Assembly (NCBI GenBank): GCA_038063755.1
Contig: JBBTUL010000013.1
Coordinates: forward strand, 12,876-76,875
Direction: 5' to 3'
Source of the DNA: Patescibacteria group bacterium
GTDB taxonomy: Bacteria; Patescibacteriota; Minisyncoccia; UBA6257; 2-01-FULL-56-20
DNA: 64,000 bases
The notes beneath the pieces were generated by a model that was not told where the DNA came from, searched no databases, and was given only the letters and a program-made list of their open reading frames with translations. Each line of letters begins with the position of its first letter. Positions within the stretch are counted from its first letter, which is position 1. This document shows positions 37,055-45,954 of the stretch, piece after piece. The position numbers and the translations under genes are program-made.

Positions 37055-37453
37055 TTAGTGCCTTCCTTGATTTGAAGATGGAACGAGCAGGCGTACGCGA
37101 TCTAGGAACTCATCTTTCGTGATGCTTTTGTGGATGTATTGAGAAATACCGATTTCTCCAAGCGCCCGTTCCGCTTCTTGCGTAAGATCTGCGCTTGTAA
37201 GAATGGCGACAGGGATCCGCTTGGTTGATTCGTCGTTTCTGAGGCGCGCTGCAAGATCAAGACCGTTTATATCTGGCAAGTTGATATCGAGCAATATGCA
37301 GGAAGGAGAAAACTTTCTTGCGAACTCCCAGCCTTCATATCCATTATGGGCATATATCACCTCGAAACCATCTTCGGCGAGGTATGCTCCAAAGAGTCTC
37401 CGCATGAGAGAGTCATCGTCAACGAGGAGTATATGAGGCCGTTCAGTTTCCAT
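37055..37453 (-). CDS. Single-domain response regulator (CheY/DivK-like)
   Basis: ILLVDD, LLDINLP.ING, ILTS, K. Confidence 0.92.
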   Translation of the reverse strand: METERPHILLVDDDSLMRRLFGAYLAEDGFEVIYAHNGYEGWEFARKFSPSCILLDINLPDINGLDLAARLRNDESTKRIPVAILTSADLTQEAERALGEIGISQYIHKSITKDEFLDRVRLLVPSSNQGRH

Positions 37454-37580
37454 TTGAAATATTATACCACAAGCCCCTAATTGCCGTGATAAAGAGAGAA
37501 TGAAGAAATGATAAAACTTTTCTAAGGCATTTGTTGCGCTTCGCCAGGAATGGAGTATATAGTTAATGTACTGAAATTGA

Positions 37581-38255
37581 ATGAGAATCTTGCTTGTTGA
37601 GGACGAAAAGGAGATCAGGGACTTCCTTAAACCGAGTCTGGAGGCGGAGTTTTTTAGTGTTGATGTCGCCGATGACGGGGAGAAGGGTTCTTTCGCGGCG
37701 CGGACTACCGACTACGACCTGATTGTTCTCGACAATATTCTTCCGAAAAAAAATGGGATGCAGGTTTGTCAAGATGTTCGAAAAAATGGGAAGGCAGTTC
37801 CCATCATCATGCTTTCGGTGAAGTCAGACACTGCTACGAAGATTGAGCTTTTGAACGCCGGTGCCGATGACTACTTGAGTAAGCCGTTTTCCTTTGAAGA
37901 GCTTCTTGCGAGGATTAGGGCGCTTATGCGGCGGCCAAAGGAAATCGCAAGCGAGATATTAGTGATCGACAACCTCACCGTTAACACCAAAAACTGCTCG
38001 GTGATGCGTGGAAAGAGAGATATTTATCTTACGAGAAAAGAGTTCATGCTTCTTGAGTATCTCTTGCGAAACAAGGGGAATGTTCTTTCTCGAGGAATGA
38101 TCTTGGAGCACGTTTGGGACATGGATGCAGATCCTTTCTCGAATACAATAGAGTCTCACATTTTGAGCTTGAGAAGAAAGGTTGATACAAAAGAAGACCG
38201 GAAGCTAATTTATACGATTTCGGGCAGGGGATATAAGATCGATATTAAAAAGTAG
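37581..38255 (+). CDS. OmpR/PhoB family response regulator
   Basis: ILLVEDE, VLD, GADDYL.KPF, winged helix LTRKEF..LEYL, TI.GRGY. Confidence 0.95.
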   Translation: MRILLVEDEKEIRDFLKPSLEAEFFSVDVADDGEKGSFAARTTDYDLIVLDNILPKKNGMQVCQDVRKNGKAVPIIMLSVKSDTATKIELLNAGADDYLSKPFSFEELLARIRALMRRPKEIASEILVIDNLTVNTKNCSVMRGKRDIYLTRKEFMLLEYLLRNKGNVLSRGMILEHVWDMDADPFSNTIESHILSLRRKVDTKEDRKLIYTISGRGYKIDIKK

Positions 38256-38289
38256 CTTCTTCCGGTGTCTCTGATGCTATAATTCCGAC

Positions 38290-40494
38290 GTGGAGCTGCT
38301 CCGATTACATACTATGCTTGACGCCTTGGTTTGGGTTGTGGTTTTTGTTAATATCGCCGTCGCCATTCTCGTGGTTTCGAAAAACAGGAAGTTAGCTCCG
38401 AACCGATACTTCGCCGCATTCGTTGTTTTTCTGAATTTATGGATGATAGCGAACTTCTTCGAGAACGAAGCCGATTTTCTTGGGGGGATTCTTTTGGAGT
38501 TTTTCTTAAGAATGGACTTTGTTTTTGCAATTTGTATCGTTTGCGCCTGGTTCCTTTTTTGTGATTCATTCTGCGGCGCAGGGAGGCCTCATCTTTCCTC
38601 CCGCCTTAAGGGCGCAGTGGTTCTCTCGACGATTCTTATCGGCCTTATTGCATATGCGACTGAGGCTATTGTAGGAGATGTTTGGTTTGAGGGAGAAGTT
38701 ATTCATTTCGTAAACGGTTTTTTCCTTCCGGTCTACGGAATATATATTGTTTACCTTGCCGGAGGAGGCTTGTTTTTGCTTGTGCGCGAGCGTGCGAGTA
38801 CCCGACGGTTGAGACTGTTCCGGCGAGCCGGACAAGTCGATCTTATGCTCATCGGGTTTTTTATCTCAATCGGAACGGCAATCTTCATAAATCTTTTTCT
38901 ACAGCCGGTATACGGAGTGAGCCTAGAGATTTCGCGGATCGGACTTTACGGGATGTCGGCACTAGCTATTTTCACAGGTTATGCCATCGTTCGCCATAGA
39001 CTGTTCGACATCAAGATTATTATCCAGCGCGGAGTTATATTCCTTATATTTCTGGCCGTTTTTACCGCGATTTATTTTTCCCTCGCATCGCTTTTTGGAT
39101 ATTTATTTCATCGCGTTACCAACGCAACCATATTTGCGAGTGCCGGAATCACAGCGATAATCGGCATTTTTGGATTCGGTCCGGGCGAGCGATTTTTTCG
39201 GAAAACAACCGACAGATTTTTCTTTAAGGATGCCTACGACTATGCGGCGGTCTTGCGCGAGCTGAGTGAGGCTCTCGGGAACACCATCGAACCGAAAAAA
39301 CTATTCGAGACAGTCTCGGCTATGTTAATTCGATTTCTCCGCGTTGATTCGGTGAGGTTTATCGGCTTTTCGTATCTCGTACCCGGCGGCTCTTTTGGAT
39401 CGGTTATAAGAGGACTTGAACCGCATCTTCTCGAGTCTGTTATGAGCTTGGTTCGTAAGCCCATTCTTTATGAGGAGCTGAACGGTGTTACGCGCGAAGG
39501 GGCACCGTTTTCAACGCGCCAGGTGGCGGTGCTTGAGCTTCTTGAGAAGACCAACGAGGGAGACGAGATCGGTATTCTTGTTCCAGTTTCGCTAAAAAAG
39601 AAGGCGCTCGGCATTATGATTCTCGGGAAGAAGAAATCCGGAGATCCATATCGCGATGAAGATATCGAGCTTTTACGAACGCTTGCACATCAGGTTGCAA
39701 TTGCAATCTCTAAGGCAGAGCTCTACGGAAAGGTAAAAGAGTATTCGAAGGAGCTTGAAAAGCGAGTCCTCGAACGAACCAATGAGATACGGGAACTTCA
39801 AGAGGAGCAACGGCAAATCATGATTGACTTGTCGCATGGACTTCAGACGCCCCTTACGGTTGCTAAGGGAGAGCTTGAATTTTTAAAAAAAACAATTCCC
39901 GGAAACAAGAAGCTAGAAGCTTTCGAGCGTTCTGTCGACGAGGTTTCGAAGTTCGTTTACGATCTCCTTCGTTTTTCAAGCCTGGAAGCCCACGCATCTT
40001 TTCGTAGCGATGAGGTCCGCTTGAGCGAGCTCTTAGATGAGGTCATTGAATATTTTAGAATCATCGCGGAAGAGCAAGACGTTAAAGTCGTTGTCGATGT
40101 CGAGCCTGGAATCGTCGTTAAGGGAGACAAGCGGCGACTTGAGGAAATGATTACTGCACTTGTCGGGAACGCGGTGAAGTATATGAAGAGCGGAAAGGGG
40201 CGCAAAATTGAAATCAAACTTTCCAGGAGGAAAAGAGTCGCAGAGTTTTCGGTTTCGGACACGGGAGTTGGTATTTCGAATGAAGACTTAAAAAAGATTT
40301 TTACTCGCTTTTATCGCGCAAGACAAGGAAGCACGAATGGAGTGAAGGGGGTTGGTTTGGGTCTTGCGATCGCGAAAAGGATTGCCGAGCGGCATCACGG
40401 GACGATTCACGCAGAAAGTGCGGTTGGCAAGGGAAGTGTTTTTACCGTCAAGATTCCGTGTTTCTTGAAATCACGAGAGAACAACAAGAATTGA
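38290..40494 (+). CDS. Multi-TM sensor histidine kinase with GAF-like domain
   Basis: About 9 TM segments, LGKKKSGDPY..ED..LL GAF-like region, SHGLQTPL H-box, NAVKY, DTGVGI, GLGL. Confidence 0.9.
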   Translation: MELLRLHTMLDALVWVVVFVNIAVAILVVSKNRKLAPNRYFAAFVVFLNLWMIANFFENEADFLGGILLEFFLRMDFVFAICIVCAWFLFCDSFCGAGRPHLSSRLKGAVVLSTILIGLIAYATEAIVGDVWFEGEVIHFVNGFFLPVYGIYIVYLAGGGLFLLVRERASTRRLRLFRRAGQVDLMLIGFFISIGTAIFINLFLQPVYGVSLEISRIGLYGMSALAIFTGYAIVRHRLFDIKIIIQRGVIFLIFLAVFTAIYFSLASLFGYLFHRVTNATIFASAGITAIIGIFGFGPGERFFRKTTDRFFFKDAYDYAAVLRELSEALGNTIEPKKLFETVSAMLIRFLRVDSVRFIGFSYLVPGGSFGSVIRGLEPHLLESVMSLVRKPILYEELNGVTREGAPFSTRQVAVLELLEKTNEGDEIGILVPVSLKKKALGIMILGKKKSGDPYRDEDIELLRTLAHQVAIAISKAELYGKVKEYSKELEKRVLERTNEIRELQEEQRQIMIDLSHGLQTPLTVAKGELEFLKKTIPGNKKLEAFERSVDEVSKFVYDLLRFSSLEAHASFRSDEVRLSELLDEVIEYFRIIAEEQDVKVVVDVEPGIVVKGDKRRLEEMITALVGNAVKYMKSGKGRKIEIKLSRRKRVAEFSVSDTGVGISNEDLKKIFTRFYRARQGSTNGVKGVGLGLAIAKRIAERHHGTIHAESAVGKGSVFTVKIPCFLKSRENNKN

Positions 40495-41346
40495 TCCGGC
40501 GACCACAATACTCGCTGCTATCGTTTTTCGAACAAGATGGGATTCGTGAAATAATTCCCCTCCGATAATGGTTGTAAAAAGACCAGAAAGCCTTTTTATT
40601 GCACTTGCGATTCCGAGATACGCAACGCGCACTGTTTCTGCATATGCGATGCGTTGAGTGACGGTGATGAGGGCAAGGGGGATGATAAGCCATCCTACGT
40701 CTTTAAACTCTTGAACGACAGATCGTATTCCTCCTCCGAAAATATGCGTTGCAACGAAGAAATTCGCTGCAATAAAAAGATGGACAATGGCGATATATTC
40801 AAAAGGCAGAAGAGAATACCTCGACAAGATCATACGATCAAGGAGGGAGCTTATTCCATACAGCGAAAGCGAGATGGCGATATAGCGAGCATACTTTGAA
40901 GCAAAGAGTTTTCGGAACGGATCAAAGAGTTTTTGATGCCGTTCTGTCTCAAGGACGTACGTACCGCAGATTGCAAGTACCAAGCCTCCGATTTGTGCGA
41001 GCGAGAGCCGTTCTCCGAGGAAGAAGAAAGCGAGGACGGCGCTGAGTCCTGCCCCGCCGCTAAGAAGCGGGGATGCGGCGCTAAGTTCCATATGGCGAAT
41101 GCTCCGCGCGGTTAAAAGAAAGGCGATTGATGCAATGAGGGAGACGAGATAGACGAGGGCTAATGATTGGAAGGTGAGGTGAGTTCGGTCGATGAAAAGA
41201 AAAAGAGGCAGAGAAAGAAGGAGATTCACAAGCGCGAGCGAGGACGAGAGCTCCATCGAATGACTTCTATTTAAAACCTTTTTTTCAATGACGATTCCGA
41301 TCGAAGAAAGAAGCGCCGAAGTAAGTCCGAAAATAATCAGGTTCAT
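40471..41346 (-). CDS. EamA/DMT family transporter
   Basis: Ten TM in two repeats, FLGERL, LFHE. Confidence 0.85.
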   Translation of the reverse strand: MNLIIFGLTSALLSSIGIVIEKKVLNRSHSMELSSSLALVNLLLSLPLFLFIDRTHLTFQSLALVYLVSLIASIAFLLTARSIRHMELSAASPLLSGGAGLSAVLAFFFLGERLSLAQIGGLVLAICGTYVLETERHQKLFDPFRKLFASKYARYIAISLSLYGISSLLDRMILSRYSLLPFEYIAIVHLFIAANFFVATHIFGGGIRSVVQEFKDVGWLIIPLALITVTQRIAYAETVRVAYLGIASAIKRLSGLFTTIIGGELFHESHLVRKTIAASIVVAGSILVVLS

Positions 41347-41419
41347 AATATATACAGTGGTTTAGAAACTAAAAATCCTCGATACGCGAGGATTTTTAAT
41401 TCTACCATGCGCTGGCTTG

Positions 41420-41824
41420 CTACATTGAAGCTGGCTTTGGTCTGAACCATTCTCTCAAAGAAGTAGGCCATCCGGAGAGTAGAAGAAGCGCGAGCGGAGC
41501 TCCCCAGTTCGCCCAGCGTTCCACAAAGTCCCAAATAGGCTGTCCGACCAGCGGCCGTACCAATGCAGTCCAGAATCCCCAAAACGCCGCCCAGAGAAGG
41601 ACCGCAGGAATCGGTCTTACAACAAGGACAAGAAGCGCTACGAGGATGTCGAGTATTCCAACGGCGAAGATGAATTTTGCCGCGAAAATATCGCTGGTAC
41701 CTGCAATCTTCACTACCCAAGCAATCCAATCCTTTTTCCCTTGAAGGGCGAACATCCCATGGCCCAAAAACTCTCCCGCAACAGCGATCCTTAGAACCCA
41801 TCCCAACAGTTTCTGATTGTTCAT
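41420..41824 (-). CDS. DoxX-like membrane protein
   Basis: LRIAVAGEFLGHG, 4 TM, ER.AN.G.PLALL. Confidence 0.65.
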   Translation of the reverse strand: MNNQKLLGWVLRIAVAGEFLGHGMFALQGKKDWIAWVVKIAGTSDIFAAKFIFAVGILDILVALLVLVVRPIPAVLLWAAFWGFWTALVRPLVGQPIWDFVERWANWGAPLALLLLSGWPTSLREWFRPKPASM

Positions 41825-41864
41825 TTTTTCTTCAAATTACGACCTTTGTTCGAAAAAATTTCTT

Positions 41865-42242
41865 TTATTGCTGGGGGAGCGGACAGCCTGTTTCATCTGA
41901 TAGCCGCTGGACCCCCTGTTCGCCGACCAGGCGTCTGTTTTCGGAAAGAATCCACGTTGGGTATGATTCGATTTTCTTTTCAATACAGACGGCTGGATTT
42001 TCGGGACACTCCACGTACGGAACGAGCCGGAACGAAGTCCCAAAAGCTTTTTTTTCGTTTTGGCAGTGCGGACACCAAGCCGCGCCATACATAGTCACCC
42101 CCTTATCTCGAAGACATGATGCAAAAACGTCGAGGGCTCCGGGTGCGGTGTTGTTTCTGCCAGCCCAGTATATGAGACCTCCGAATATAGCAACGAGGCC
42201 AACTACGAAAACAACGATATGAAGAGAAGATTTTTTATACAT
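41865..42242 (-). CDS. Membrane-anchored thioredoxin/glutaredoxin-like protein
   Basis: MYGAAWCPHC, YVEC, YPTW, terminal GC. Confidence 0.85.
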   Translation of the reverse strand: MYKKSSLHIVVFVVGLVAIFGGLIYWAGRNNTAPGALDVFASCLRDKGVTMYGAAWCPHCQNEKKAFGTSFRLVPYVECPENPAVCIEKKIESYPTWILSENRRLVGEQGVQRLSDETGCPLPQQ

Positions 42243-42244
42243 GG

Positions 42245-42715
42245 TTAGCAGCAGTCATCAAGCATTTTTTCGACTTTTTTCCTTTGTTCTTCATTTGTCG
42301 CTGGTGTGTCGATGAGGGCGGTTTTTTTTGAAAAGAAATCCAAGAAAACAAAAGCGATCGTGACAAGAATAAATATGACAAGCACACCAAAGAGCCAAAG
42401 CTCAGAGACGAGCGCATATGCAGCCACGAACCCGGTTGGAATAAAAAGCATTTTCCAGAGGAGGGAGGATTTTTTTTGGGCAAGCATTTTATCTCCTTGA
42501 TACGCAATGCCCACAGCGCTTCCACCAAGCAAAGCGGCAATTACTATCGGATCAACAGCAAAGCCGTATGCCCTGAGAGTAAGCAGAACAATCCATGTTC
42601 CTGCGGTTCCGACGCAGATTGCGCAAATGCGAAAAGGAAAAACCTTGAGCTGATCGAGTGACCAGGCGATTCCTCCGAGGCAGAAGATTGAGATAAAGGC
42701 AAAAACAATGGTCAT
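42245..42715 (-). CDS. Membrane protein with CxxC and C-terminal CC
   Basis: ICAIC, LLGGSAVGIA, ~5 TM, ends MLDDCC. Confidence 0.7.
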   Translation of the reverse strand: MTIVFAFISIFCLGGIAWSLDQLKVFPFRICAICVGTAGTWIVLLTLRAYGFAVDPIVIAALLGGSAVGIAYQGDKMLAQKKSSLLWKMLFIPTGFVAAYALVSELWLFGVLVIFILVTIAFVFLDFFSKKTALIDTPATNEEQRKKVEKMLDDCC

Positions 42716-42722
42716 GTCTTCA

Positions 42723-43508
42723 TTATAATGCAAGGATAAAGACACCCAAAACTATCATTGCAAGTCCTCCGACAAGGCGCATCGGCCCCTTTTCTTCCTT
42801 CTGCCATGCGCGGACTTTTTCGACGAGGAGGGGATTGCTTGCAATGGCAAGTATGATTCCGAGAGGCAAGACAAAGAGAAGGTTGTAGAACAGAAGATAG
42901 CCGAGTCCTTGAAGGTATGTCCCTTGGTCATGGAGGAGTCCTAATATCAACAAATATGGGCCCCCCGTGCAGGGGAACTCAGTTAATGCGACGAAGATTC
43001 CGAGGATGAAAGCAGAGAGCATCGATCCTCGCTCAATAAAAACCGACATGGTTCGGTGAGCGCTTTCGGGGATTTTGAGGCGGATTGGAAAGGTGGGGAA
43101 AATATCTCCGAGAACATTAATGCCGCCGAGGACAATAAGAAGAATTGCGGCAGCCTTCCCAACAAAGTTCGGTATGCCGAAGAACTGGAGGGTCTCAAGA
43201 ATCCCAAGGCCGATCAGTATGTAGGTGAGGAAAATTCCAAGGATATAAATCGCGCCGATTTGAAGTACGTTTTTTCGAGTCTTGCCGATTTGGAAAAGAA
43301 ATACGATCGTGAGAATCAGAACCGAGAACGCGCAAGGATTTATGCTGTCCAAGAGCGCCGCTATTCCGACGAGCGGAAGAAGCCATCCGGCACCTCCGTT
43401 CATGCGAGAGGATATGTATGAAGAAAAAAAGTTCGACGAGAAGAGAATGGCGAAGATTGCTATAACGCACACAATAATTGAAATAAGCGCGAATCGATGA
43501 TTTTTCAT
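42723..43508 (-). CDS. CcdA/DsbD-like transmembrane electron transporter
   Basis: DSINPCA and EFPCTGGPY Pro-Cys pair, 7 TM. Confidence 0.85.
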   Translation of the reverse strand: MKNHRFALISIIVCVIAIFAILFSSNFFSSYISSRMNGGAGWLLPLVGIAALLDSINPCAFSVLILTIVFLFQIGKTRKNVLQIGAIYILGIFLTYILIGLGILETLQFFGIPNFVGKAAAILLIVLGGINVLGDIFPTFPIRLKIPESAHRTMSVFIERGSMLSAFILGIFVALTEFPCTGGPYLLILGLLHDQGTYLQGLGYLLFYNLLFVLPLGIILAIASNPLLVEKVRAWQKEEKGPMRLVGGLAMIVLGVFILAL

Positions 43509-43600
43509 GAATGTCTGATCATTCTAGCACGAAAGAGGTGGCCGCAAAATGCAACATCCTAGAAATCCAGATGAAATATAATAAGTATGCACGTTATAAA

Positions 43601-44179
43601 ATGCCTATGAGCGAAAAAACCATCCTTGACAGCGATCTTGATAACAATGAGGCGCTTAGCGACAACCCATCTTTTGGCTGTCCGTTCGGGATTAAAAAGT
43701 TCCTTGTGGTCGTTCCCGTCACTTATCGCGGATCAGACGAAAGACTTCATTGCGGTCAGATCGTTGTGCATCAAGACCTTGTTCGTGACATTAGATTATT
43801 TTTCGAGGCGGCGAAGGCGAAGGCGTTCCCGATTCATTCGGTGATACCGATTTCGCATCCGCGCTTTTCTTGGGACGATTATCGCTCAATGGAAGTAAAC
43901 AATACTTCAGGATTCAACTATCGCCCCAAGACAGGCAAGCCAGATGAATTTTCCTCGCACGCACTCGGGCGCGCGATAGACATAAATCCGCTTCAAAATC
44001 CGCACATAAAGAACGGGGCCATTTTGCCGCATGGTGCGACATATGACTCGAAGGTGTCGGGAACTATTACCAGAGATTCATTTATAGTCGAATTTTTCGA
44101 GAGCCACGGATGGACGTGGGGTGGTCGCTGGGAATCCCTCAAGGACTACCAGCATTTCGAGAAACCAGAAATAGAATGA
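43601..44179 (+). CDS. Peptidase M15 family (D-Ala-D-Ala/L,D-carboxypeptidase-like)
   Basis: NNTSGFNYR, SSHALGRAIDINP..NP, GWTWGG.W...DYQHF; start uncertain. Confidence 0.87.
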   Translation: MPMSEKTILDSDLDNNEALSDNPSFGCPFGIKKFLVVVPVTYRGSDERLHCGQIVVHQDLVRDIRLFFEAAKAKAFPIHSVIPISHPRFSWDDYRSMEVNNTSGFNYRPKTGKPDEFSSHALGRAIDINPLQNPHIKNGAILPHGATYDSKVSGTITRDSFIVEFFESHGWTWGGRWESLKDYQHFEKPEIE

Positions 44180-44352
44180 GCGCCGGAGGGGCGCTCGTTA
44201 TTCGTGAATACTCTGTCGATAGCCTTTCCCGCCTCCCGGACCGTGAGGAGCACGGTTTGTTTGGCGAACCAGATTGCACCAAGAGCAATGATTGGTGAGG
44301 CAAGGATCGCGATCGCTCCTACGACAACAATGGTTCTGCCGGTTTGACACAT
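44146..44352 (-). CDS. Possible small membrane protein
   Basis: GAGGTG SD, TTGCGA-N17-TAGCGT upstream, one TM; overlaps the M15 3' end. Confidence 0.45.
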   Translation of the reverse strand: MCQTGRTIVVVGAIAILASPIIALGAIWFAKQTVLLTVREAGKAIDRVFTNNERPSGAHSISGFSKCW

Positions 44353-44431
44353 GGCAACACCTCGCGAAGGTAGGCAACTCTTTATTTACGCTACGCCGTA
44401 ACCGAAGCGTTCGCAAGCGGAAAGTTTCATG

Positions 44432-44456
44432 AAAAGACCCCCGGGGTGGGGGTCTT
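44432..44456 (-). terminator. Terminator after MFS gene
   Basis: AAGACCCCC/GGGGGTCTT + TT. Confidence 0.7.
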
Positions 44457-45645
44457 ATGTTTGGTTTCCGGTGCGACGGGAGAGAACAAGCGTCCCGAGT
44501 ACGAGCGCCGATCCGGAGAATACCCAGGCAGCGGCAAAGGACACCTTCCACGCAATGAACCCACCCACCAGAAGTCCCAACGCGCCACCAATGTGGTGTG
44601 CGATGGAGTTCATCGAGAGGATGGTTGCGCGCTCTCGTGACGGAATGTGTTGATTCAGGTAAGCGCTTTTGAGCGGATCGTTGATGCCCCGGAAGACTTC
44701 GTGGACGAGGAAAATGACAATCATCCACGCGAGATTGTTCCAGAGGACGGTGAGAATAATCCCGACCCCTGCGCCGACCTGGGAAAGGACGATGGCTCTC
44801 TTGTCGCCTCCGACCCTTGCAAGAAAGGGGATTGCAACGAGCGCTCCAGCAATGATCGCAAGGGTCATGAGGGAGCGGAGAAATCCGAGGCCGATTGTTC
44901 CAGAGAACGCTTTTTCGAAGAGTGGTTGCCATTGCATATTCGGCGCCTGGAATGCGAAGACCTGACTTGCTCCGATGCCGAAGACGAAACGCACTACAGC
45001 ATTTTTCTTAAAGAAAGAAAATGCGCCGGAAGAAGTGGAGCATATCAATCGCAAGTGTTCCCTAGGAGAGGAAGATTCGCGTACAAAATAATCTTCCTTC
45101 ATCCACAGGAGCGCGAGTACGCCGACAATTCCCAAGATTATCGACGAGACAAGCCACGGTAGCGCAAGGTCAAGCGAGCCCAGGAATCCCCCCGCGAGCG
45201 CGCCGACCATCATAATCGACTTGGAAATTTGTTGCTCTCGTGCAAATACCCGACCCATCCCCCCGACATGTCCGTGATACTTGATTTGGTCAACCATCCA
45301 TGCCTGAAACGCGCCGCTCATAAGTGTTATTCCGATCGCCCCCACAATCTCGGCGACGACGAATCCAGTAAACGATGTCGCCCGAAAGTAGAGAAACATG
45401 GAAAACGAATGGACGAAACACGATCCCACGAACGAAAGCTTCCTCCCGAAAACGTCGGCGACGACTCCTGTCGGTATCTCAAAGAGCGTAAGCGTGACGT
45501 AAAAAAACGCATTCACGACTTGAGCTTCAAAGATGGTTAGACCGTGCGACAGCAGGAATATCACGTACGTTGCTCCGATAAACGATGTCGCGAGGGCATA
45601 AAGCCCGGAAAGCGCGAAGTAGCATCTTGCGGTGCGCTCGACCAC
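44455..45645 (-). CDS. MFS transporter (efflux-like)
   Basis: 12 TM, EIPTGVVADVFGRK motif A, SGA..AW, IPS..RAT..S; AGAAAGGAGG SD before GTG. Confidence 0.9.
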   Translation of the reverse strand: MVERTARCYFALSGLYALATSFIGATYVIFLLSHGLTIFEAQVVNAFFYVTLTLFEIPTGVVADVFGRKLSFVGSCFVHSFSMFLYFRATSFTGFVVAEIVGAIGITLMSGAFQAWMVDQIKYHGHVGGMGRVFAREQQISKSIMMVGALAGGFLGSLDLALPWLVSSIILGIVGVLALLWMKEDYFVRESSSPREHLRLICSTSSGAFSFFKKNAVVRFVFGIGASQVFAFQAPNMQWQPLFEKAFSGTIGLGFLRSLMTLAIIAGALVAIPFLARVGGDKRAIVLSQVGAGVGIILTVLWNNLAWMIVIFLVHEVFRGINDPLKSAYLNQHIPSRERATILSMNSIAHHIGGALGLLVGGFIAWKVSFAAAWVFSGSALVLGTLVLSRRTGNQT

Positions 45646-45672
45646 GGATGCCTCCTTTCTTTTCGTGCGCGG

Positions 45673-45794
45673 TTGTCAAAGAACAAAAAACCTCGGCTTA
45701 TGCAGCCGAGGCGGACATCATGTCGAGGGATTTCGTCTACCGAGGGGAACTGCGGGGAGACGATAGAACATCATGGCTGTCTTGGCTGCACAAG
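45673..45794 (-). promoter_or_regulatory. Transcription attenuator upstream of MFS with boxA-like motif
   Basis: Terminator 45685-45711; antiterminator helix 45768-45794 with 45697-45723 (22 of 27 pairs); TGTTCTTTGACAA after the U-tract. Confidence 0.72.
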
Positions 45795-45874
45795 AGACGG
45801 AATACGCCCTGCTTCGGGGCGAAGCGGGAGACGAGAATGCGCATATTCATTTGTGTACAATACCAATGACTCAT
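45737..45874 (-). CDS. Putative leader peptide (45 aa) of the MFS attenuator
   Basis: MSHWYCTQMNMRILVSRFAPKQGVFRLLCSQDSHDVLSSPRSSPR; begins 30 nt after TTGACA, runs across the antiterminator 5' strand. Confidence 0.45.
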   Translation of the reverse strand: MSHWYCTQMNMRILVSRFAPKQGVFRLLCSQDSHDVLSSPRSSPR

Positions 45875-45954
45875 GCGGTTATCATCGAATCAAACTGGGC
45901 AACTTGTCAAGCATCCTTGCGTGGGTGCGGCGCGAGATTGTTATAATCACAGGT

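Noticed and set aside
44198-45540. Long alternative-frame ORFs over the MFS gene and similar shadow ORFs elsewhere
   Set aside because: Antisense or out-of-frame shadows of well-supported genes with no protein-like motifs
45544-45954. 137-aa N-terminal extension of the Nramp-like ORF
   Set aside because: Overlaps the MFS gene and its leader; the real start is better placed at 45955 after TATAAT
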